Source: a virus
Taxonomy: Duplodnaviria > Caudoviricetes
Strand: one strand, 5' to 3'
Virus record (IMG/VR): IMGVR_UViG_3300022666_000111
DNA: 64,000 bases
The notes below the pieces were generated by a model. The model saw nothing but the letters and a program-made list of their open reading frames with translations. It was not told where the DNA came from and searched no databases. Below, piece after piece: positions 27,856 to 35,525 of this stretch (the stretch's first letter is position 1; each line of letters starts with the position of its first letter). A program made the translations under genes and the position numbers.

Positions 27856-28077
27856 ATGGGATTACAAGTCGACCTCACCGTCATGTTGAACGCGCCGAAG
27901 AATCACGTCTGCCGGTACTGCCGGGCGAAGGTCCCCACGCGCTTTGACGACTACGACATTGAATGCGGTAACCCTAACCCGTCCCCGGGGATATGGGAGA
28001 TCAGCGCTTATTGCCCGAAGTGTGAGACCGAGAGGGTCTTCAGATTCAAAGTCCTCCGGTGTAGGACCACGCCATGA
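27856..28077 (+). CDS. small zinc-ribbon protein
   Basis: CRYC..CPKC. Confidence 0.55.
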   Translation: MGLQVDLTVMLNAPKNHVCRYCRAKVPTRFDDYDIECGNPNPSPGIWEISAYCPKCETERVFRFKVLRCRTTP

Positions 28078-28643
28078 GCCCACAAGAGATTTACGTATCC
28101 GTTGACATCGAAGCTGATGGTCCTATCCCGGGTCGCAACAGCATGCTCTCGATCGGCGCCGTCGCCTTCGACGAGACCGGCAAGGAGATTGGAAGCTTCT
28201 CCCGCAACCTTGAGGTCCTCCCCGAGGCCAAGCCCGACCCTGACACCATGGCGTGGTGGGCCAAGCAGCCCGAAGCCTGGAAGGCGTGCCGTGAGAACAC
28301 GGTCCCTGCCAAACAAGCCATGAGCGAGTTCGCCTCTTGGGTTGGACAGCTCCCTGGGCGTCCGGTCTTCGTAGCCTACCCGGCAGGCTTCGACTTCACC
28401 TACGTCTACTGGTACCTCATGGCCTTCCACGGCCAAAGCCCCTTCAGCTTCTCGGCGGTTGACATCAAGACTTTTGCCATGGCTCTCATGGGCAAGTCCT
28501 ACCGGGAAAGCGTCAAGAAGCACATGCCCAAGCGCTGGTTCAACGGCGTAGGGGGACACAACCATGTCGCCGTCGACGATGCCCGAGGGCAGGGCATCAT
28601 GTTCATCAACATGCTCAAGGAGGCCCGGTCGCGGGAACGCTGA
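28074..28643 (+). CDS. DEDDh 3'-5' exo(ribo)nuclease
   Basis: [27 protein letters not shown]. Confidence 0.85.
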   Translation: MSPQEIYVSVDIEADGPIPGRNSMLSIGAVAFDETGKEIGSFSRNLEVLPEAKPDPDTMAWWAKQPEAWKACRENTVPAKQAMSEFASWVGQLPGRPVFVAYPAGFDFTYVYWYLMAFHGQSPFSFSAVDIKTFAMALMGKSYRESVKKHMPKRWFNGVGGHNHVAVDDARGQGIMFINMLKEARSRER

Positions 28644-29767
28644 TGACCTTCCTCATCCTCTTCATCATCCCCTTCGCAGTTGCCGTCATAGCCTTCATCG
28701 CCCTCAAGGGCATCACATGGAAGGAGTTTGCCCTACATGTGGGCGCCCAGCTCATCGTCGCGGGGATCTCCGCTTGGATCATCTACGCCAAGAACACGGG
28801 GGACGTTGAGATCTGGAGCGGCCAGGTAGCGAGCAAGAAGCAGGAGACGGTCTCCTGCTCGCACGCCTACCAATGCAACTGCCGCCCCGTGACGACCTGC
28901 TCCGGGTCAGGTAAAAGCCAGACCTGTACGACCACGACGCACTGCGACACTTGCTACGAGCACCTGTTTGACTACAACTGGGTGGTCAACACGTCGAACC
29001 GTGAAGCAATCGAAATCGATCGCATTGACCGGCAAGGGACGATGACGCCTCCCAGGTGGACGGCGGTTCAAGTCGGGGAGCCTACGGCCTACCCGCATCG
29101 CTACACGAGCTACATCAAGGCGGCTCCGGATTCACTCTTCCGCCACCAAGGGCTCAAGGCCAAATACGCGGGCAAGCTCCCAGCCTATCCGGGGCGAGTC
29201 TTCGACTACTACCGCATCAACCGGCTTGTCCTTCAAGGCGTGAGCCTCCCCAACGTGGCGGCTTGGAACGAAGGCTTGATGAAGGTCAACGCGGAGATCG
29301 GGGCAAGCAAGCAGGTCGCCTTGGCGGTAGTCGTCACGGACCAGCCTGCTGAATGGTACTACGCCCTTGAGGAGCATTGGATCGGGGGCAAGAAGAACGA
29401 CGCCATCTTGGTCATAGGGCTCGAGCCCGGAACGTCCCTCAAGCCCGCTTGGGCGCAAGTCATGGCTTGGACGACGTCGAAGCTCTACGAGGTCAAGCTG
29501 CGGGACGCGGTCATGGCGCTCCCCGAAGTCACACCGGAGGCCACGCTGGGCGTCCTACGTGACGTGACCAGGGAGCACTACAAGCGCAAGCCGATGAAGG
29601 ACTTTGAGTACCTCCAGGCGAGCATCAAGCCAAGCACCACGCAGCTAGTTGTCTCGATCCTGATCGGCCTTATCATAGCGGGGGCGCTTACAGCGATCTT
29701 CCAGCACTACGACGTGTTCGGTGACGAGCGACGGTCCTTCGGCTTCCGAAGGCGCCGCTACTTCTGA
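28643..29767 (+). CDS. phage membrane protein with Cys-rich extracytoplasmic region
   Basis: Two N-terminal and one C-terminal TM; CSHAYQCNC..CDTCYEH; W.GGKKND. Confidence 0.75.
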   Translation: MTFLILFIIPFAVAVIAFIALKGITWKEFALHVGAQLIVAGISAWIIYAKNTGDVEIWSGQVASKKQETVSCSHAYQCNCRPVTTCSGSGKSQTCTTTTHCDTCYEHLFDYNWVVNTSNREAIEIDRIDRQGTMTPPRWTAVQVGEPTAYPHRYTSYIKAAPDSLFRHQGLKAKYAGKLPAYPGRVFDYYRINRLVLQGVSLPNVAAWNEGLMKVNAEIGASKQVALAVVVTDQPAEWYYALEEHWIGGKKNDAILVIGLEPGTSLKPAWAQVMAWTTSKLYEVKLRDAVMALPEVTPEATLGVLRDVTREHYKRKPMKDFEYLQASIKPSTTQLVVSILIGLIIAGALTAIFQHYDVFGDERRSFGFRRRRYF

Positions 29768-29776
29768 GGTAAGACT

Positions 29777-30310
29777 ATGTGGTTCGTATATGTTGACTGG
29801 ACAATCGAAGCACATCCTCGAGCCTTTTATGTGGGGAAAGGGACAGCAAGCCGTGTGAAAGACAAAAGGCGGAGTGCCAACCACGCAGAGATTGCGCGTG
29901 CATACGGCTTAAACAGACAGGTTGTTTTGGCCACATCTGTTGAGACTGAAGCGCTCAACCTGGAGCGAGCCCTAATCACATCGCTGGGAACTCTAGCAGG
30001 ACAATCCAGTATAGGTTGCAATCGAACGGCTGGTGGACAGGGAACATCCGGGCACAAGCAGAGCCCGGAGGCACGGGCGAAGATACGATCTGCTCGTCTT
30101 GGTAAAGGGCACCCCCATTCTGAGGAAACGCGCCAGAGGATGAGCCTAGCAAAGAAGGGGAAGCCTCCGAATAACAAGGGTAAACAGCTATCAGAAAGCA
30201 CGCGAGAGAAGATGAGCCTGGCGCGTAGGGGTAAACCTAAACCCGAGGCGTGGCGAGAGAAGATGCGTCAAATAGCTCGGTGTAGACAAGTCGAGGAGTC
30301 CGCAACATGA
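29777..30310 (+). CDS. GIY-YIG-like homing endonuclease with NUMOD3 repeats
   Basis: FVY...FYVGKG..R, E, N.T.GG.G; [15 protein letters not shown] repeats; lower GC. Confidence 0.8.
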   Translation: MWFVYVDWTIEAHPRAFYVGKGTASRVKDKRRSANHAEIARAYGLNRQVVLATSVETEALNLERALITSLGTLAGQSSIGCNRTAGGQGTSGHKQSPEARAKIRSARLGKGHPHSEETRQRMSLAKKGKPPNNKGKQLSESTREKMSLARRGKPKPEAWREKMRQIARCRQVEESAT

Positions 30311-30867
30311 CAACAGGGATGAAGGTATTTATCGGGTGTGCCTCGATGGTGGTCCTCTTTGCCGTACTAGGCATTGGCGGGTGCGTCGGAGTCAATAACG
30401 ATTGCATTCGACAGGAAGCTGGGCTGCAAGCTCAATATGACCAGAATCGGAACAACTACGCCAACTACTTCAACAAGATCAAGGAGATGGCGCAGGTGCC
30501 GGACATGTACACGGCGGACCTTCAGAAGCTCTACGACGGCGCCATGAAGGGCCGGTATGGGGCGGAGGGGTCGAAGGCGGTCTTCCAGTTCATCCAAGAG
30601 AAGAACCCCACGGTCGACGCGTCGCTCTACCGCTCGATCCAGCAAGCCATGGAGGCCGGGCGCAACAGCTTCGAAGCGGATCAGAAGACATTGCTGGACA
30701 AGAAGCGGGTCTATGAGATCACGCTCGGGTCGTTCCCCGGGGGCATGGTGGCGCGTATGATGGGCTTCCCCAAGAAGGACCTCTCCCAGTTCGACATCGT
30801 GACGAACGCGGCCACGGAGGAAGCCTTCAAGACGAAGAAGGCTGGCCCGATCAAGCTCCGCGAGTAG
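30307..30867 (+). CDS. LemA-like protein
   Basis: N-terminal TM, helical body, Y...L.SFPGG.VA.MMGF. Confidence 0.6.
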   Translation: MTTGMKVFIGCASMVVLFAVLGIGGCVGVNNDCIRQEAGLQAQYDQNRNNYANYFNKIKEMAQVPDMYTADLQKLYDGAMKGRYGAEGSKAVFQFIQEKNPTVDASLYRSIQQAMEAGRNSFEADQKTLLDKKRVYEITLGSFPGGMVARMMGFPKKDLSQFDIVTNAATEEAFKTKKAGPIKLRE

Positions 30868-30902
30868 GTTGATCATCCCACGCCTCGGGTGTAGTACGGG
30901 GC

Positions 30903-31088
30903 ATGGTGACCAGAGCAGACTTGAATGAAGCAAGGCGTCGGAACCCGGAAGGGCTTCGGCGCCTTGCTCGTTGGCTTAAGCTACGCATTGATGGGATGTC
31001 CGATCGGCAGATTGCCAAGCTCGTCTGGTGGCTCTTGACGCGGCGGGCGAAGAAGCTCAGGGGTATGGCAACCGAATGGTGGCTCTAG
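30903..31088 (+). CDS. small basic protein
   Basis: TTGATC-N13-GGTGTAG-N8-ATG. Confidence 0.6.
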   Translation: MVTRADLNEARRRNPEGLRRLARWLKLRIDGMSDRQIAKLVWWLLTRRAKKLRGMATEWWL

Positions 31089-31105
31089 CCGGTGTAGAAC
31101 TGACC

Positions 31106-31231
31106 ATGAGACACCTAACCAACACACGTGCCCTCACCCTCATCGAGCTGATGGTCATCGTGGCCATCGCTGGAATCACAGCGACCCTCGTCATTGGCGG
31201 AATCGCCAAGTACGTCCTCTCCACCAACTGA
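31106..31231 (+). CDS. 41-aa type IV prepilin-like peptide
   Basis: RALTLIELMVIVAIAGI; GGTGTAG-N8-ATG. Confidence 0.65.
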   Translation: MRHLTNTRALTLIELMVIVAIAGITATLVIGGIAKYVLSTN

Positions 31232-31240
31232 GGCCCCCTC

Positions 31241-31768
31241 ATGGGATACAGCGTAGCTGCACGGGCGAAGAACCGTGAGCTTCAAACGAAGATGCTCGCG
31301 TTCCTAGCCAAGAACTTCAAGCTCTGGCCGGAGGTCATTGGCAAGCCAAAGGGCGTCTCCTATGCTTCGAGGCCACAGTCACATCTTGACTATGACCACG
31401 GGCGCACGTCGATCGGGTTCGACTACAACGCCTACGGGGGAGAGCGGGAATACATCTTCGCGATCGTCCGGTGGATAGCCATCAAGGTAGGGCGGAGGAC
31501 CCCAGGAGGGGCGAAGATACCCTTCTACGTCTATGACGGGAACGAGGTGTCGCCTATCTACCAGCGTGAGCCGCATGACGACCGAGCCAACACGGTCGAT
31601 GAGTGGGGCGTGCCGGTCTACGACAAGCAGAACCTCACGGCTGGGGGCAAGTGGCGGCCCCAAGCTATGCTTGAGGTATTGGAAGAGGACGACGCCTTCG
31701 GCCATATCCGGAAGGAAATCCAACGTCTCGACGCACTTTGGGTTGATCAGGAGGGCGCCTCGGCATAG
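31241..31768 (+). CDS. hypothetical protein
   Basis: GAGG SD; natural ORF. Confidence 0.65.
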   Translation: MGYSVAARAKNRELQTKMLAFLAKNFKLWPEVIGKPKGVSYASRPQSHLDYDHGRTSIGFDYNAYGGEREYIFAIVRWIAIKVGRRTPGGAKIPFYVYDGNEVSPIYQREPHDDRANTVDEWGVPVYDKQNLTAGGKWRPQAMLEVLEEDDAFGHIRKEIQRLDALWVDQEGASA

Positions 31769-31775
31769 TAGGGGC

Positions 31776-32078
31776 ATGCTAGAAGTCGCCAACACAATCG
31801 CTCAACAACTCGGACACAGCACTGGCCGCATGGTCGCCATGATCGGCGCTTGCAACTTCGTCGGGTCGGAAGACAGCTTGAGCTTCCGGTTCAAGGCTCG
31901 GGCGCGCAACGGCGCCAATGCTTGCCGCGTCACCTTGACCCCGGCTGACCTCTACAAGGTCGAGTTCATCTCTTGCCGAGGCATGAGCCGCAAGGTCAAG
32001 GGCGAGTTCGACGACGTCTACGCCGAGGACCTCAAGGGGCTTTTCGAGCGTGAGACGGGGCTCTACTTGAGCCTCTGA
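31776..32078 (+). CDS. phage hypothetical protein
   Basis: TTGATC-N13-GGCATA-N8-ATG; ANTIAQQLG..AMIGA..FE.ETGLYLSL. Confidence 0.7.
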   Translation: MLEVANTIAQQLGHSTGRMVAMIGACNFVGSEDSLSFRFKARARNGANACRVTLTPADLYKVEFISCRGMSRKVKGEFDDVYAEDLKGLFERETGLYLSL

Positions 32079-32098
32079 TCCCGGTGTAGGAGGTCTTC

Positions 32099-32596
32099 AT
32101 GGGAGACATCCACTCCAAAACAGCCAAGGCGCTCTTCGGAGAGGCAACGCCCCCAAGGCGGGGCCAGGCGATGGCCATCAACTTCGCGTGCATCTACGGC
32201 AGGAGTCCAACGAGTATGTCAAAAGAAGCAATGGTTCGGCTCATCAAGCACCGTGACTCCTGTCACGATGACTGGGGAGAAGATGGGGCTTGGCGCACCC
32301 TTTGTGGGCTACGCACGATGGAGGCCGATAGGTTTCCAGAGGACCTTCATGACGCCTTGAAGGAGTTCCAGGCGATGGATGAAGAGGCCCAATACAGTCT
32401 CGTCTACGAGACTCTTGGCATTACGCCCGAGACGACCTTCCAAGTGCTTCCAACGGGGCATACAGAGGAGCAGCTTCGGGCGGCCTTGCGCCTCTTGGGC
32501 TTGCAGGTTTACGAGCGACAGGGCAAGCTCATCGTATCCCGAGTCGAGCTTGACGCGGCGGACATCGCCGAGATCGAAGGGCAGGTTATCGAATGA
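32099..32596 (+). CDS. protein with N-terminal family A DNA polymerase motif-B-like fragment
   Basis: DIHSKTAKALFG...RRGQAMAINFACIYGRS; GGTGTAG-N9-ATG. Confidence 0.65.
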   Translation: MGDIHSKTAKALFGEATPPRRGQAMAINFACIYGRSPTSMSKEAMVRLIKHRDSCHDDWGEDGAWRTLCGLRTMEADRFPEDLHDALKEFQAMDEEAQYSLVYETLGITPETTFQVLPTGHTEEQLRAALRLLGLQVYERQGKLIVSRVELDAADIAEIEGQVIE

Positions 32597-32925
32597 CACA
32601 GTTCATGATCCCGCAAGAGGCCGAAGTAGAAGCTGATGACGTCGGCTTCATCGCCGAGCTGAACCACACGGGGGACATCAAGTACACCTGGAATCGGAAG
32701 AACGAAGCCGAGGTGGCCGCTGCCGAGGAGCACTTCAAGGCCATGAAGGCCAAGGGCTTCCTGGTGTTCAAGGTGAGCCGGGTCGGCCTCAAGGGGAAAG
32801 AGGTCGCCGAGTTCTCGGGCAAGCTCGGTGGGCTCATCTTCCAGGCCGGGACGAAGTCAGAGGTCGCCCAGACGTTTGACCCCAAGGCTTCGTACGTTGC
32901 GACGCCGCCAGCGGTTGGGGGCTGA
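32593..32925 (+). CDS. hypothetical protein ending in PPAVGG
   Basis: ATGA coupling; strong codon bias. Confidence 0.7.
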   Translation: MTQFMIPQEAEVEADDVGFIAELNHTGDIKYTWNRKNEAEVAAAEEHFKAMKAKGFLVFKVSRVGLKGKEVAEFSGKLGGLIFQAGTKSEVAQTFDPKASYVATPPAVGG

Positions 32926-32927
32926 CC

Positions 32928-33125
32928 ATGGCTGTGCGCCTCTCAACCCTCGTGCTTGGCAAAGGGCCGATGTCACCAAGGCAGCTCAAAATGGTGCGCA
33001 AGTGGCTCGACGAGGACTGGGAGGCGCGTGACATTGACCAAGACGCGGTAGCGCTCATCAAGAGGCTGCTCGTCACCATAGGAGAGAAAGATGGGACTGA
33101 AAGACCACCGCGAAGAGCTGATTGA
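32928..33125 (+). CDS. hypothetical protein
   Basis: Operon position. Confidence 0.55.
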   Translation: MAVRLSTLVLGKGPMSPRQLKMVRKWLDEDWEARDIDQDAVALIKRLLVTIGEKDGTERPPRRAD

Positions 33126-33303
33126 CGGGTTCACGAAAGCCGTTGACGAGATGATCCGGGCGGAGGGGGACCACCCCAACACACAGGGGCAGGAGCCCTT
33201 GGGCGTCAAGTCGACGATCAAGGTGATCTACGTTGGCACCAACACAGAGATCTGCTGCAACCCCGAATGGGGCTTCCAGTCGGATGAACCGGCTTCTTCT
33301 TGA
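33091..33303 (+). CDS. hypothetical protein
   Basis: AGGAG SD. Confidence 0.5.
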   Translation: MGLKDHREELIDGFTKAVDEMIRAEGDHPNTQGQEPLGVKSTIKVIYVGTNTEICCNPEWGFQSDEPASS

Positions 33304-34174
33304 CATCGTCCAAGACGGGCAGATCCCGATCTACGCTGCGCCTACGCGTGGGATGCGCTACTACACGCACACGGAGGAGCTGGTTTGGGATCCCCGTCGA
33401 GCCACCAACAAGATTCTCATCTCCGTAGGCGTCGACCATCGTCTCGACAGCATTCGAGAATTCTTGGGCACTGAGCTACTTCGTGATGAGGGCACCCTCA
33501 TTTTCGCGGTCAGGTATGTTGAGGCCCTCACGAGGGCTTTTCAAAACACGCCCACGCTCTTTGTCCTGGGTGGCATGGCCTTCGTACCGGGGGCCAACAC
33601 GCTAGGGACGCCTCTCGAGAATGGTGACCCTTGGCCTATTGTTCGGCAGTTCATTCACACCACCTACCGCCTTCAAAAGGGGCTTGAGCCTGACACGGCG
33701 CACCCAATCATTGACGACGCGGTGCAGCGCTACTTGGCGGGGCGCACAGCGCTGGATGTTGGCGTCCAACGGTCGGAGGCAAGGGACAAGGCCCTAGCTA
33801 TTCTAACGGCCAACCTTGACCCCGTGCAGCGGAAGGAGTTCCTTGAGCGCGGTCACTTCCACGTTGTCGGGCAGGACGGGCGCACCTACCGAATCGACAA
33901 GAAGCACACACATGGCGTTCACCGGATCGAGGGCGGCGTCAAGACGTTCGAGTACTGCCTTGTGGCGGACGTACACATACCCACCTTTGACCTTATGCTC
34001 ATGCAGAAGCTCCTTTTGGAGTCAGACACGACGCATTTTCTCGAGAAGGCAAATGCTTGGGATCTTCGTGGGGGCAAGCGTAAGTTCCTCCGAGGAGGGC
34101 ACCTCGCCATTGTTGATCCCAGCGGTGTAGTTGTGAAGCATGGCGAAGAAGAAGCCCCCGGAGCCCCTGGATGA
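33284..34174 (+). CDS. two-part protein with capsid-like N-terminus
   Basis: LLLDIVQDGQIPIY..DPRRA...ELLRDEGTLIFAV; C-terminal GHFHVVGQDGRTYRI..DLMLMQKLLLESD domain. Confidence 0.55.
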   Translation: MNRLLLDIVQDGQIPIYAAPTRGMRYYTHTEELVWDPRRATNKILISVGVDHRLDSIREFLGTELLRDEGTLIFAVRYVEALTRAFQNTPTLFVLGGMAFVPGANTLGTPLENGDPWPIVRQFIHTTYRLQKGLEPDTAHPIIDDAVQRYLAGRTALDVGVQRSEARDKALAILTANLDPVQRKEFLERGHFHVVGQDGRTYRIDKKHTHGVHRIEGGVKTFEYCLVADVHIPTFDLMLMQKLLLESDTTHFLEKANAWDLRGGKRKFLRGGHLAIVDPSGVVVKHGEEEAPGAPG

Positions 34175-34592
34175 GGACTGGCTGCATCTCAACGATAAGC
34201 CGGTGCCCCATAGTCCAACCGAGATCCACGAAAGCATTGTAGCGCGGATCGACGCGGTCATGGACATCATGGCCAGCGGGGGCGTACCCTACCAGCAAAA
34301 GATCCTCCTTGAGTCAGCAGAGATGCGGGAGTCCTTGCAAGACCGCCTTGAGAGCATCGAGGTTGATCTCTTCGACTTCATCGGCAAGCGGCGGATGGAG
34401 CTGAAGCGCAAGATCGACACAATGCGTCAAAACCTGACACGTGCTGAAAACGAGGACAGGGTTCTTGAAGCGGCGCGGGGTTGTCTCAAGAGGCCCGTGA
34501 TCGATGCTGACGCCAAGCCGCCGCCCCAAGAGATCGATGCTGACGCCAAGCCGCCGTCTCAAGAGATCCTTGAGGACATCCCCTTCTATTGA
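34140..34592 (+). CDS. coiled-coil protein with EDIPFY tail
   Basis: GGTGTAG-N9-ATG; internal 11-aa repeat. Confidence 0.65.
   Translation: MAKKKPPEPLDEDWLHLNDKPVPHSPTEIHESIVARIDAVMDIMASGGVPYQQKILLESAEMRESLQDRLESIEVDLFDFIGKRRMELKRKIDTMRQNLTRAENEDRVLEAARGCLKRPVIDADAKPPPQEIDADAKPPSQEILEDIPFY
34499..34564 (+). repeat. 33-bp in-frame tandem duplication (IDADAKPPxQE x2)
   Basis: Read directly. Confidence 0.9.
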
Positions 34593-34642
34593 TCCCTGGT
34601 GGTCACTGGCATAGGTTGATCCCTGGTGGTCACTGGCATAGG
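34589..34642 (+). repeat. perfect 27-bp tandem duplication of a promoter motif
   Basis: TTGATCCCTGGTGGTCACTGGCATAGG x2. Confidence 0.9.
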
Positions 34643-34648
34643 ACGAAC

Positions 34649-35038
34649 ATGACAACCGAGATGGAAAAGGACTGGGAGACCCTCAAGAAGGATCCCGTGC
34701 CGAACATGCCTACCGAGAGGCTGGCGGAGTTCGTCATGGCCTACTGTGACGGGCAGATCTTCACCCTCCACAATCTACGTGACCCCGCGCTAGCGCACAT
34801 CGTCTTCATGCCGATCGTCTTTGGCGGGATGTCGCGCTTTCAGCCCGAGGATGTGGGCACCGTTTGGGAATACATGAACCAAGCGGGGAAGCTGGGCGTC
34901 AATGGCAACCCGATCTTCACGTCCATGCACGTCATGAGCAAGTCGGATTGGGAGAAGGCCGTCAAGGCGATCGAGCGCGAGAAGGAACGGCGCCGAGAGG
35001 CCACGCGGACGGTCCTTGAAGGACTTGACGCGGGTTGA
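34649..35038 (+). CDS. hypothetical protein
   Basis: ATG 8 nt after the second GGCATA. Confidence 0.7.
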   Translation: MTTEMEKDWETLKKDPVPNMPTERLAEFVMAYCDGQIFTLHNLRDPALAHIVFMPIVFGGMSRFQPEDVGTVWEYMNQAGKLGVNGNPIFTSMHVMSKSDWEKAVKAIEREKERRREATRTVLEGLDAG

Positions 35039-35060
35039 GGCGACGGGCTAAGCTCCAGGC

Positions 35061-35273
35061 ATGATATACGTCGTCATCTGGCTTGTGGACAAAGAGGTTG
35101 AAGCCCAAGGGGAGTTCAAGACTGCCAGCAAGGCTGTGGATTGCTTCTGCAAGTTCACGAAGGCAGCGGGTATCCCCATGGACGGAAGGCCCAAAGGACT
35201 GTCCAAGGGCCGCAACCTCATGAACGCGGCGGGTAAGCACGCGATCTACGCCTTCAGCCTTGAAGAGCGCTGA
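35061..35273 (+). CDS. small hypothetical protein
   Basis: Lies between two versions of a gene 3' end. Confidence 0.6.
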   Translation: MIYVVIWLVDKEVEAQGEFKTASKAVDCFCKFTKAAGIPMDGRPKGLSKGRNLMNAAGKHAIYAFSLEER

Positions 35274-35303
35274 GCACCGTTCCTTTGATAAGGTACCCTA
35301 GCG

Positions 35304-35501
35304 CAGTTCAAGGAGGACGACGTCGGCACCATTTGGGAGTACTACAACAAGGCGGGGGCAAGGAGCATCAACGGCTACCCTTGTTTCTTCTCGCTACACG
35401 TCATGTGCAAAAAAGATTGGGAGAAGGCCATAAAGGCCATCCGGCGTGAGCTTGAGCGACGTCGTGAAGCTGCTGAAGAGGTGCTGGCGGACCTTGGCTG
35501 A
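35304..35501 (+). pseudogene. start-less second copy of the 3' half of 34649..35038
   Basis: QFKEDDVGTIWEYYNKAG..HVMCKKDWEKAIKAIRRELERRREA; in-frame TAA upstream. Confidence 0.8.
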
Positions 35502-35525
35502 TTCTCTTATGCTAACAGGGTAACG

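Noticed and set aside
32099-32596. DNA polymerase I gene
   Set aside because: Only ~40 aa of motif B; motifs A and C are absent.
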